Shown here: one piece after another, positions 52,976 through 63,491 of the stretch | Layout of the letters: every line of letters begins with the position of its first letter | Position numbering within the stretch: the first letter of the stretch is position 1 | Assembly (NCBI GenBank): GCA_947040465.1 | Contig: CAMRBO010000001.1 | Span: 112 to 64,111, forward strand | Source of the DNA: an uncultured Mycoplasma sp. | GTDB taxonomy: Bacteria; Bacillota_I; Bacilli_A; Mycoplasmatales; Metamycoplasmataceae | Length of the DNA: 64,000 bases | Direction: 5' to 3' | The notes under the pieces: model-generated | What the model was told of the DNA's origin: nothing | The model's database searches: none | Seen by the model: only the letters and a program-made list of their open reading frames with translations | Position numbers and translations under genes: made by a program

Positions 52976-53714
52976 TATTTTTACTCAGTTTAATTTCTTG
53001 TTCTTGATATCAATTATTTATATTTTTGTTTTTGGAAAACAAAATAAAGTTTTCAATATTTTCAATATTTTCATAACTATATTCATCATTGTTAATTACA
53101 AAAAGAAAATTAAAATTTGATAAATATACATTTAATTCATCCATCTTCAAATAATCCACATCATTAAAAATAATTAGTTTTTTATTGTTTTGATCATTTA
53201 ATATATTAAATATTTGTCTAATATTATCAGAACTCACAAACTCATCTTTAATGTCAATATAATTTATAAGATCAACTTTTGTAAGGTTTATTTCAGTCAA
53301 GTCAAAAATACTTTTGAATTCTTGGTATTCTTGAACAATAATTTTTTCAATATTAGAATTACTATCTAATATTGTCTTGTTTTTTAAATAGTTGTGAATA
53401 TTTCCATTCATTTTAGAAGAAAGAATATCCTTCATTTTGGTGAATGGAGAAATTATAATAATGTCTTTATTTTTTATATGAAAGTCATTGATTGAAATGT
53501 TGCTATTGATATTTTCTTCATCATTAATTAAACTTCGAATTAGTTTGTTGGTATTATGAGTTTTAATAATTTTTACCCCTCCGTAATCAAAACCAAATAA
53601 ATGATTAAAGTACTGAAAACTTATCATATCTTTTGGTTGTGTATTAATTTTTATTTTTTCCTTTATTGTTTCATATTCTTTTTCAACAAAATATGACAAA
53701 TTAATTTTATTCAT
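52968..53714 (-). CDS. Csn2-like accessory protein (divergent), 248 aa
   Basis: Occupies the csn2 slot between cas2 and the array, has the expected size and a KKLIIFND segment. The call is mostly positional. Confidence 0.6.
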
Positions 53715-54043
53715 TAAATCTCCCTAAATCTTTTACAATCATTAATTATTTCGTTATTATCCATTTCGCCCCTCAAAATAATCATTTCGTTATATTGCTT
53801 TTCAGTTAAAACTATAATTCTAATAGAACCACCGGGAGGTAAAACTTTTTCAACTTTTTTCACATGTTGTTGTACCATTTGCTTGTTTTGCACTACCCTT
53901 GCATAAATAGAATACTGTATTTGAATATAGCCCAATTTTAAAATATTGCTTCTAAATTTGGTGTAATTTTTAGTATCATCTTTATTGTCAAAAGGCAAAT
54001 CATAAAATAAAATAATTCTCATATAACTATATACCTTTCTCAT
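53714..54043 (-). CDS. cas2: CRISPR-associated Cas2
   Basis: MRIILFYDLP, YTKFR, GYIQIQYSIY and IRIIVLTEKQY. Confidence 0.96.
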   Translation of the reverse strand: MRKVYSYMRIILFYDLPFDNKDDTKNYTKFRSNILKLGYIQIQYSIYARVVQNKQMVQQHVKKVEKVLPPGGSIRIIVLTEKQYNEMIILRGEMDNNEIINDCKRFREI

Positions 54044-54953
54044 GGTTATTCTCCACTATATATTTATCCATTTTCAAAAGAAAATCCATTTTATGTAAAT
54101 ATATTTCATCTTTAATTATTCAATCAATAAATGTGTCTATAGATGTATTTAAATGGAAAAATTTATCATCTAATTTCACTTTAAATTCACTAATATATTC
54201 TAAAAAACATTGTTTTAATTCTTTTGATAAGACTTTATCTTTGTCTTCAATAATTTTTAAATCAAATAATTCTTTTACAAAGTAGTCAACAATTATTCTA
54301 AAAGGTTCAACAATATCATATGATAAAGGGAATTGTGAATATTCACTACCATGATGCAATGATATTTGATGATGCAAACCCTTTTTCACTATACTTCTTG
54401 AAACCATAGAAGTTAAAATTATATAACCATAATTTAAAATATAATTTATCTCAGTTTGTTTATCTCTGTTAAAATCTTTTCCGTATAATGAGTGAAAAAA
54501 CAAATTTGCTACTTGACTTTCATAATTTATATTTTTATAGTCAACACTTGGTTTTATAAAACTATTTCAATCATTTATTGATAAGTTATACATTTTCATT
54601 AAATCTAATTGATTACTTATTTTTTTAAAACTAATATAATTTCATCATTTAGTTTTAAAACCTAAAGTTCACTCTAATTGTTTTTGAAAAATTTTGTAAC
54701 TTTGTTTTTTGACATTGAAACCTAAAAGCAAGCTTTTAGGAATATATTTGTTATCACAAAATACAACACAAACACCGTTACTACTTAGTTCATTTATTAA
54801 ATTGATAGTTATGTTTATTCTATTGTTTGAAATAATTAATGTATCAATATCACTAATAGGAATAATAGACTTATTTTCTCTAATAACAATTAAAGATTCC
54901 ATAAAAACCTTCATATTACACATTTCTTCAATTTCGATAATTTTTCAACCCAT
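54027..54953 (-). CDS. cas1: CRISPR-associated Cas1 (type II)
   Basis: MGWKII start, IPISDI, ESQVA, LNYGYIIL, LHH and YDIVEPFR; catalytic E, H and D present. Confidence 0.95.
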
Positions 54954-55029
54954 TTTTTTCTCCTTTCCAAATTATTTGTTATAATTTGGTAGTTAAATTA
55001 TATTAAATTGTAATTTAACAATTCAAAAT

Positions 55030-55111
55030 TTGCTTTTAGCTTAGTTAAGTTTTTGAAAAATTAAAAATAAGGGTTTATCCCGTGATGACAAAGTATATCT
55101 TTGTTTTTTTT
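55030..55111 (+). ncRNA. tracrRNA
   Basis: Anti-repeat 55034-55068 (ttttagcttagttaagtttttga-aaa-attaaaaat) is complementary to the minus-strand repeat. It is followed by nexus aagggtttatcccgt, hairpin gacaaag/ctttgtt and a T-run. The 5' end is uncertain. Confidence 0.9.
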
Positions 55112-55199
55112 GTATTTTTGAATATTTGTAGTGTCAAATGAAAGGTGGATTCAGATTTAACAATATTCCAAAAAATATTATGATAATTCTATAATTTAA

Positions 55200-55257
55200 A
55201 GATTTTTATCCGAAATTTAATCACTTTACTTTCATTAATTGAAGTATATATTATAAT
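55200..55257 (+). repeat. Imperfect direct repeat, copy 1 (similar to the argS upstream region 56670-56731)
   Basis: agattttt..aaatttaatcacttta..attaattgaagtatata.tataat versus agatttt..aaattaaatcacttta..attaatttgaagtatatataat. Confidence 0.6.
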
Positions 55258-55418
55258 AAGTATTAATATATACTCTAACCTTGTTTTCTTCATTTCCAAA
55301 TAAAACGTTTCATAGATTAATTGTGATATCGGGTTGTTGTTTTGGCGAAAAAACTAATTTTAAAATATTAAAAATAAAAACACCCATTTAGAGTGTTTAA
55401 TATTTATTTTGTTAATTA

Positions 55419-55808
55419 TTATATTCCTAGTACTTGTCTTTTTACTGCATCGTAATCTTCTTGTGAAATAGCTCCCGCTTTAAACAATTCATATGATTGC
55501 AAAAGTTTTTCTTGAGAATTAACTGAAGATTGTGGTGCCAACATTGGTTGAGGAATTGGTTGATGTTCAGGAACAGATTTAACAGGTTGTGTTATTTTAT
55601 CTGTTTCTGCTTGAATTTTAGCTTTTTGCAATTCCAGTTCCATTTTCTTAAGTTCTAATTGATCACCTGATAAGGCGTCAGTCTCCTTACCTTTTTTCTT
55701 TGCTCATTTGCTAATAGCAACACCAGCCATAATTGTTCCACCTAATTTAATTCCTGTGTTAACAACGCTGTCTGCCGCTCTAGCGTTTCTTAATAAATCT
55801 CATCCCAT
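55419..55808 (-). CDS. Small protein with a C-terminal SHOCT-like motif, 129 aa
   Basis: AAGGAG SD, hydrophobic segment GGTIMAGVAI, coiled-coil, Pro/Gln linker, then LFKAGAISQEDYDAVKRQVL. Confidence 0.75.
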
Positions 55809-55855
55809 AATTTTCTTTCTCCTTAGTTAATGTATTTTTGTTTTTAATTTAAATA

Positions 55856-56278
55856 TTAATCAATAATTAATTTTGTAATATCGTAAGATTTTGCAAAATC
55901 TGTTAAAGTATAATCTGCTAATCTACATACCATAACTACTGAGTTAGTAATTTGATATACAACAGCCAATTCATCTACAATATTTCTTTCACCTTCTGCG
56001 TTAAACAAATAATTGGTAAAAATTGCTACTATTTTATTTGTCGGAAAATCATTATCCATAATATTATCTAAAAAAGCTAACATTCTATATTGATCTTCTG
56101 TAATATTTGTTAATGATTTACCAATCTCTTTAAGTTCTGGATCATTAAAATCAAAAATCTTTTTTAAGCCTTTAAAAAAATCTAATGATATTTCTTCTTT
56201 TTTTGAAAAATCCACTACATCATAATAAAATTCATTTGTAATAACTTGGTTCTCTCATTCTAGTTTTTCTATTTTCAT
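55856..56278 (-). CDS. Hypothetical acidic protein, 140 aa
   Basis: AAGGAG SD; MKIEKLEWENQ... is in frame with track ORF 55856-56215. No recognisable motif. Confidence 0.7.
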
Positions 56279-56669
56279 ATTTTCTCCTTGTTTAATACAC
56301 ATTATACTAAAATATACCGAAATTAAAAATTCATTATCATATTTGTTTTATTATAAGTGTTCTTCATTTGATTCAAACTATCTTACATAGGATATATGGT
56401 GGTATATTCCACTATTATTTCTCCATAATTTATCAAGTTAACAATACGTTAAAATATTTACTATAATTACCAAGTTTTTCATTCGAATTTACTTATAATG
56501 TTGATCAATCACAATTAACAGTAACATTAAATTTATTTTTCATAGATCTATATAACAAAAATCATTTAAAAAACAATTACCTTATTTTCTTTTAATTTTT
56601 CCTCATGGTGATTGCTAAAATCAAAATTGATACAAAAGTTCAAATAATATTTGCATGAATGTTATCAAT

Positions 56670-56731
56670 AGATTTTAATTTACAAAATTAAATCACTTTA
56701 ATTTTTATTATTAATTTGAAGTATATATAAT
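56670..56731 (+). repeat. Imperfect direct repeat, copy 2, containing the argS -10 box
   Basis: Matches copy 1 at 55200-55257; TATAAT at 56726-56731. Confidence 0.6.
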
Positions 56732-56738
56732 ATATATA

Positions 56739-58340
56739 ATGAACTCACTAATTTTTAATGAACTAAACAGAATATCTCAAGCGCTTGGTTTTGAGGAAAC
56801 GAAATTTGTTGTTTCAAAACCTACAAATCCAGAGTTTGGCGATTTCTCAACTAACATAGCATTAATAATTTCAAAACAACTTAAACAAAACCCTAACGAT
56901 GTTGCCAAAAGCATTGTAGAAAAATTTAATAAAAAACAAGCACTTGTTAAAAAAGCTGAAGTGGTTTCTCCTGGGTTTATCAACTTCTTTTTGGTTGATG
57001 AATATTATTCTGATATTGTTAAAAAAATAATTAACGAAGATGCTAATTATGGAAAACTTAAAAGTAATCTTCATTACAACTTAGAATTTGTTTCAGCTAA
57101 CCCTACAGGCTTTCTGCATGTGGCTCATGCAAGAGGGGCTGCCTTGGGAGACTCTCTAGCAAACATTTTGAACCATACAGGAATCAAGGTAACAAGAGAA
57201 TACTATATTAATGATGCCGGAAGTCAAATAAATATGTTGGCATTTGCTTGTTTTGTAAGATATCAACAATCATGAGGAGTTAATATTGAATTACCTGAAG
57301 AAAGTTACCATGGGCAAGACATTATTTGGTGTGCAGAAGAAATTAAAGATGAAATCAACGATGCTTGGGTAGATAAAGAATATCTTGAAATTGAAGAGGA
57401 AGCTAAAGAAATTGCTGTATCTATTATGTTGAAAAGAATAAAAGAAGATATGGAATCAATGAATGTTCAATTTGAAATTTATTTTTCAGAAAAAAGTTTA
57501 TATGAAGGCACAATCATTAAAGATAAACTTAATGAAATTGAAGGGGTTATTAAACAAGATGGTGCAACATGATTAGATACCACAAAATACGGAGATGATA
57601 AAAATAGGGTGTTAATTAAACAAGATGGTTCATTTACATATTTTTTACCAGATATTATTTATCACAACATTAAAATAAATAGAGACAAAAACATTTCAAA
57701 ATTAATAAATATTTGAGGTGCTGATCATTCAGGTTACATTAAGAGAATGGAAATCGCCATGAAATTAATGGGTCATGAAAACAAACTAGAAATCATTGTT
57801 CTTCAATTGGTGAAATTACTTAAAAATGGTCAAGAGTTAAAAATGTCTAAAAGAAAAGGAACATCTCTTTATCTTTCAGAATTAGTAAACCAAGTCGGAG
57901 TGGATACTGCTAGGTTTTTCTTAGTCAATAGATCTCCTAACTCTCAAATAGATTTCGACCTTGATTTAGCTAGCTTAAAAACTGCTGACAATCCCGTCTT
58001 TATTGTTCAGTATGCATATGCAAGAATTCAACAATTATTAAGTAAATCAGAAATTAACCAATTTAACAAATTTAATTATATTGAGAAAAAAGAAAAAGAA
58101 CTTATCGGAACATTAGAACAGTTCCCAACGATTTTAAAACAAATATCAGAAAACAATAAAGTGCATTTATTGCCAAAATACCTAATAGCATTAGCGAAAG
58201 AATTTAATTCATTTTATTCAAATAGCAAAATTCTTGGTAATATTAGAGAGATAGAGTTAATTACTCTAGCAAAAGCATGTGGTATAGTAATTAAACTTGG
58301 ATTAAGTTTATTGGGAGTATCATCTCCAGAAAGAATGTAA
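56739..58340 (+). CDS. argS: Arginine--tRNA ligase
   Basis: [42 protein letters not shown] and C-terminal PERM. Confidence 0.97.
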
Positions 58341-58344
58341 AATT

Positions 58345-58611
58345 ATGAATATAACAATATTAGAAGCAATTGGAATATTATTTGATGCAAAAGGTAACGA
58401 AGATAGAGAATTCACTTTTAGTGAAATTTTTGAAAAAGTTGAATCGCTACTTTTAGAAAAATGATTAGCACATAATTCAAAGGAATTATCAAAAGATCAA
58501 ATTTTAATTAATAAAATGGGTGAAACATATAAGTTGTTAACTGTTGATGGTAGATTTATTAGACACGAAGATGGGACTTGGTTAAAAAGAAAGACTAATC
58601 AAGTTGCATAA
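58345..58611 (+). CDS. rpoE: RNA polymerase delta subunit (N-terminal HTH only)
   Basis: FTFSEIFEKV...YKLLTVDGRF...GTW; position after argS as in Firmicutes. Confidence 0.8.
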
Positions 58612-59023
58612 AACTTTATTAATTAGATATTTATTAAGGCAACGACTAATTTTATTGGTTGTTGCTTTTGTTATTTGCGGCATAACTAACCTTGCTGTTA
58701 TATTAGCCTCGCAAGGACAAGAAGGCGTTTTGGGTATTATACTTTTGATTATTATTATCACCATTTGATTTTTCCCATTATATTTATCAGTGCTAACAAT
58801 TATGAATTATTTTTCTTTAAAAAAAGAATTGATTAATATTGGAGATGAGAAAGAGTTGTTTGATCGCATGACCAATAAAATAGTTAGAGAATTAGTTGTC
58901 AAAAATGGCATTAAAATAAGTTTGTTTTCAGATAAAAATACAGACTTTCCAAAGTTTAATGGAGTTATTGGCGAAGAAATAAAATTTCAAAGAAAAAAAA
59001 TAGAATTATTAAAGAGTATTTAA
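58604..59023 (+). CDS. Hypothetical membrane protein, ~139 aa
   Basis: TTG start overlapping the rpoE end, two hydrophobic segments, in frame with track ORF 58790. Confidence 0.6.
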
Positions 59024-59036
59024 TTATAATTAAATA

Positions 59037-59435
59037 ATGATTAATAAAACGCACATTCTTTTAGAAAATGAAGTTCCAAAACTTGTTGAAGAAATAATTA
59101 AAAAATTAGATGATTATAAAATAATACTTTTAAATGGTGAAATAGGATCTGGTAAAACTTTTTTAACTAAAGAAATAGCTAAACAACTTGGAGAACAAAA
59201 GATAGTTACTTCGCCCTCTTTTCAAATAATGAATGTGTATGACAAATTTATTCATATTGATGCATATAATTTAAAAACAGGATTAGAACAGTATTATGAT
59301 TTTTTCGAAGATAAAATATTAATATTAGAATGATCGCAAAAAATAAAAATAAAGTTTAATAACTATTTAGAAATAAATATTGGGTATACAAGCAATGAAG
59401 AAAAAAGAATATATGAAATAAAAGAGGTGAAATAA
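59037..59435 (+). CDS. tsaE: t6A biosynthesis ATPase TsaE
   Basis: GEIGSGKT, VTSPSF, HIDAY and ILEW. Confidence 0.92.
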
Positions 59436-59971
59436 TGAATATTTTTTTAGATACAACACAAAAAGAATTTGTAAGTTGCTTATTCGATGACAATTTTAAA
59501 ATAAAAAATAAGATAATAAAGGAGACTACTCAAAAAGTAGAAGAAATACCTAAATTTTTTGATTCTCTTTTAATCAATAAAACCATTAATATAAACGACA
59601 TTAAGAATTTTTATATCAATGTTGGTCCGGGGTCATTTACGGGTTCAAGAATATCGTTGGTTTATGTAAGAACAATTGCACAAATAACAAATGCTAAAAT
59701 TTATATTACTAATTCATTTAAATTATTAAGAAGTGATAATGAAACAATGTTTATTTCTGCTAATAAAAATCATTCCTTTAAAATAGATATTGTCAATATT
59801 GATAATATATCAAAAACTGAATTGGTTGAAAAGTCAACAGAAGAACAAAAAATTAACTATAAGCAATTGTTAAATGATTTCTATAATGTAATTCATTTAT
59901 TCAAGTTAGAAAACCCATTGAATATTAAACCAGAATATGGATCAATGCCCCAAATAGGAAGTGGTAAATAA
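59435..59971 (+). CDS. tsaB: t6A biosynthesis protein TsaB
   Basis: IFLDTT and GPGSFTGSR. Confidence 0.9.
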   Translation: MNIFLDTTQKEFVSCLFDDNFKIKNKIIKETTQKVEEIPKFFDSLLINKTININDIKNFYINVGPGSFTGSRISLVYVRTIAQITNAKIYITNSFKLLRSDNETMFISANKNHSFKIDIVNIDNISKTELVEKSTEEQKINYKQLLNDFYNVIHLFKLENPLNIKPEYGSMPQIGSGK

Positions 59972-60918
59972 TGATTTTTTTAGGAATAGAATCAAGTCAT
60001 GATGACACCGCAATTGGAATAGTGGAAAATGGAGTTATATTATTAAACTTTAAGATTAGTCAAATAGAAGTGCACAAAAAATATGGGGGAACAGTTCCGG
60101 AAATAGCTTCAAGAGAACATACTTATAATTTTGCTATTTTATTAGACAAGCTAAAAAATGAATTTGATTTAACAAGAGTTGATTACATTTCCTACACTGA
60201 AAAACCAGGACTAATTGGATCTTTGCAAATAGGTTATTTATTTGCTCACGCTTTATCTATATCTTTGAACAAAGAATTAATTCCGGTTAATCATTTAGAA
60301 GGACACATATATTCTGTTTTATTAAGAAATAATAAAAAAGAAAAAGAAAAAGAAATAATTTATCCCGCACTATCTTTAGTTGTGTCTGGTGGTCACACTA
60401 GTTTGTTTCTACATAAAAGTGAAATAATGTTTGAAACAATAGGTCAAACTCTTGACGATGCTTTAGGGGAAGTTTTTGACAAAGTGGCTAGAAGTTTGGA
60501 TTTAGGTTTTCCCGGAGGGCAAGTAATAGATGATATTTTCAAAAATAATGAATTTGATAATTTAATTAATATTACCAAACCCAAAACAAATAATCCCTTA
60601 GATTTTTCTTTTAGCGGAATAAAAACACAAATCATTAATATCATTCATAATGGAATACAAAAAAAAGAATCAGTTGATACTAATTTATTATGTTATTCTT
60701 TTCAAAAGCAATCAATAGATTATCTAATGGATGTAACAATGAAAGCAATTAATATTCATAAACCCAAAACACTCATTTTATCTGGTGGTGTTAGTGCAAA
60801 TTCTTATTTAAGAAGTGAGTATAAAAAATTGCACAAAAATACGTTAATGCCGATTGATGGATTATCTACAGATAACGGCCCAATGATTGCAATTGCAGCA
60901 GAAATATTATGCAAATAA
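59971..60918 (+). CDS. tsaD: t6A threonylcarbamoyltransferase TsaD
   Basis: GIESSHDD, PEIASREH, NHLEGH, SGGHT and TDNGPMIA. Confidence 0.96.
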   Translation: MIFLGIESSHDDTAIGIVENGVILLNFKISQIEVHKKYGGTVPEIASREHTYNFAILLDKLKNEFDLTRVDYISYTEKPGLIGSLQIGYLFAHALSISLNKELIPVNHLEGHIYSVLLRNNKKEKEKEIIYPALSLVVSGGHTSLFLHKSEIMFETIGQTLDDALGEVFDKVARSLDLGFPGGQVIDDIFKNNEFDNLINITKPKTNNPLDFSFSGIKTQIINIIHNGIQKKESVDTNLLCYSFQKQSIDYLMDVTMKAINIHKPKTLILSGGVSANSYLRSEYKKLHKNTLMPIDGLSTDNGPMIAIAAEILCK

Positions 60919-61100
60919 AATAATTTTTAGACTATGAAATATCTTTTCATTTATAATAATTTATGTACAATATTCTAACGTTGTTAGTTTAGGAGAAATA
61001 TCACGTTGTTTTATTTCGATTCTTATAATTATGTACAAAAAAATTGAAACAAAAGCAATCATGCTATTTTTTTTGTTTGAAATAAATGAGAGAGGAAATT

Positions 61101-62603
61101 ATGAATTTTATAAAAACTTATTTTAAGTTTGACGAAAGAAAAGCAACTTTCAAAAAAGAAATAATTGGGGGAATATCAACATTTCTTGCAATGGCTTATA
61201 TTCTTGCGGTTAATCCATCAATAGTTGGTGACAGTTTAATGACTCCTGGAGTAGAAGGTGACGCGTCACATCTTGCCGGTGGATTATTTCTAGCAACAGC
61301 AATATCTGCCTTCTTTGCCACAATGCTAATGGGTCTTTGAGCAAATATACCAATTGGTCTTGCCCCAGGAATGGGATTAAATGCATTCTTTGCTTATACA
61401 GTATCTCAATCTATAGGATTCAATGGAGCTTTAACAGTTACCATACTTTCAGGATTTGTCTATTTCTTTATAGTCATAACACCTGCAAGAGATTTTATAA
61501 CCAAAAAAATACCCAAGAATCTAAAGCTTGCCATTGGAGCAGCTTTAGGTTTTTTTATTGCATATTTAGGTATGCAAAGTTCAGGAATTATTCAATCATC
61601 TCCTGACACACTAACCAAATTAGGAGATTTCAGTAATGCATTAGTTATTTTGGCGGTAGCAATGTTGTTTGTTGGTTTAGTACTTCATTACTTAAAGGTT
61701 CCAGGCGGAATTTTAATCACTATGATAGTGGGTGCCATAATATTGGTAATTTTATTACAAACAGGCGCCGTTGCTAATGTTGCAGAGGGACATTCTTTAC
61801 TAGGTAGTTATAGTGATTTTAGCACTTTTACAGATGTAGCAAAAGGTGGGTGACTTGGTTTTGGAGATGTTGAAGTTTGAAAATCTCCAATGACATATTT
61901 AGGAATATTCTCATTTGTATACTTAGATTTTTTTGATACTACAGGTACATTAATGTCTCTTAACAAAATGATTAAATTAGATCAAACAGACAAAAATTGA
62001 ATTAATAAAGCTAATAAAGTAGATGCTGTGGGGACAATTATAGGCGCAGGAATTGGTGCAACCACTGTTACATCTTTTGTTGAATCAACAGTTGGAGTAT
62101 CTGCTGGAGCAAAAACAGGATTTTCAGCAATGATAACTGCAACAATGTTTGGATTATCAATCGCTGCATGACCAATACTACAAGTATTTATGACAATTCC
62201 AATTGATACAGGAACACAATTAACATTTTATCAACCAATTATTGGACCAATATTAATTATTGTGGGAACATTAATGATTTCTCAACTAAAACATTTTGAA
62301 TGAGAAGTAACTATTGATATTCCTATGTTGTTTTTAACAATAATGTTTATGATGTTAACTAATTCAATAGCTGAAGGAATGGCTGCAGGAGCCATCACAT
62401 TTTTAGTAATGAATTTCTTTGGTGGTTTAGTACAAAAAATAACCAGAAAGAAAAAAATAATTCAAACAATGGAAATTCAATTTAGTGATTCAAATCCTGA
62501 AGTCAAAACACGAGAATTTAATTATTGAAAAAGAATAAATTGAGTCATAGTCTTTATTGCCTTATTCTCTATAATATTTATAATAATAGGAATATTCATT
62601 TAG
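61101..62603 (+). CDS. NCS2/AzgA-family purine (guanine/hypoxanthine) permease, PbuG-like
   Basis: TFLAMAYILAVNP, LAPGMGLNAFFAY, DFFDTTGT and TSFVESTVGVSAGAKTG. SD GAGG; alternative start 61086. Confidence 0.92.
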
Positions 62604-62606
62604 TTC

Positions 62607-62640
62607 AATACAACCGCTTGTAACAGGGGTTGTATTTTTT
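62607..62640 (+). terminator. Intrinsic terminator after the purine permease
   Basis: aatacaacc...ggttgtatt stem followed by a T-run. Confidence 0.75.
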
Positions 62641-62700
62641 AATAATGGCGATAAATTGATAATAATTGATACCTCTGTACTTTTGAGTATAATTATGTTC

Positions 62701-63366
62701 ATGAACAATGAATACAAAGATTTTTTAAATTCTCAATTAGAATTACCATATTATAAAGAAATTATTTCTTTTTTAAATTCTGAAATTGCAAATAATAAAA
62801 TCATATATCCAAATAAGGAAAATAGATTCCATGCATTTAAGATAACGCCTTTTAATAAATTGAAAGTTGTTATATTTGGTCAAGATCCATATCATCGCAA
62901 AAATGTTGCGGATGGGTTGGCTTTTTCATCCAATGAAACTAAAACCCCAAAATCTTTAGTCAATATTTTTAAAGAATTAAAAAATGAATATTCTAATATA
63001 GAGTTGAATACTAATAGTTTATCTGTTTGAGCAAATCAAGGAGTCCTTTTATTAAATACCTATCTTTCTGTAGAAGAAGGAAAACCTAATAGTCATTCAA
63101 AAATAGGTTGAGATATTTTTATTGAAAATTTCATAGAATATTTAAATAGTAATAAAGATTTTTTGATATTCATTTTATGAGGTAATCATGCAAAAAAATT
63201 AAAACCACTTATTTCTTCAAAATTCAAAATTTTAGAATCTTCGCATCCATCACCATTTAGCGTAAATAAAGGTTTTTTTGGAAATAACCACTTTCGAAAA
63301 GTAAATGAAATATTAAGGCAAGAAAATTTACAAGAGATAGATTGAAATTTAAAAGATTTTAAATAG
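62701..63366 (+). CDS. ung: Uracil-DNA glycosylase
   Basis: GQDPYH, GLAFS, WANQGVLLLN and SHPSPFS. Confidence 0.96.
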
Positions 63367-63422
63367 ATTTTTGACAGATAAATAGTATAATTCTAATGCA
63401 ATGTAAATTGCCTAGCGTGAAA

Positions 63423-63455
63423 GTGGAAGGGTTTTTTAAAAATCCGTCTGACCAC
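63423..63455 (+). promoter_or_regulatory. Putative ribosomal protein L1-binding leader of the rplK(-rplA) operon
   Basis: gtgg-aag-gg...cc-gtctga-ccac stem with asymmetric internal loop upstream of rplK, like L1 autoregulatory sites. Confidence 0.6.
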
Positions 63456-63491
63456 GATAGATCAGAATAAAGAAAAATAAGGAGCACAACT

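Noticed and set aside
55195-55225. Second nexus-like string (aagatttttatccg), suggesting a second tracrRNA
   Set aside because: No anti-repeat precedes it and no terminator hairpin follows; it is better explained as part of the duplicated argS upstream segment.
56290-56660. Possible transposase or pseudogene remnant
   Set aside because: I could not find a sustained code-4 frame, terminal inverted repeats or recognisable motifs by eye.
59008-59021. 14-nt match (attaaagagtattt) between spacer 9 in guide orientation and the chromosome
   Set aside because: The match is AT-rich and PAM-distal only, and the seed does not match. Chance similarity is likely.
60960-61080. Canonical guanine riboswitch before the NCS2 permease
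   Set aside because: The conserved core nucleotides are not present. It is kept only as an unknown structured leader.
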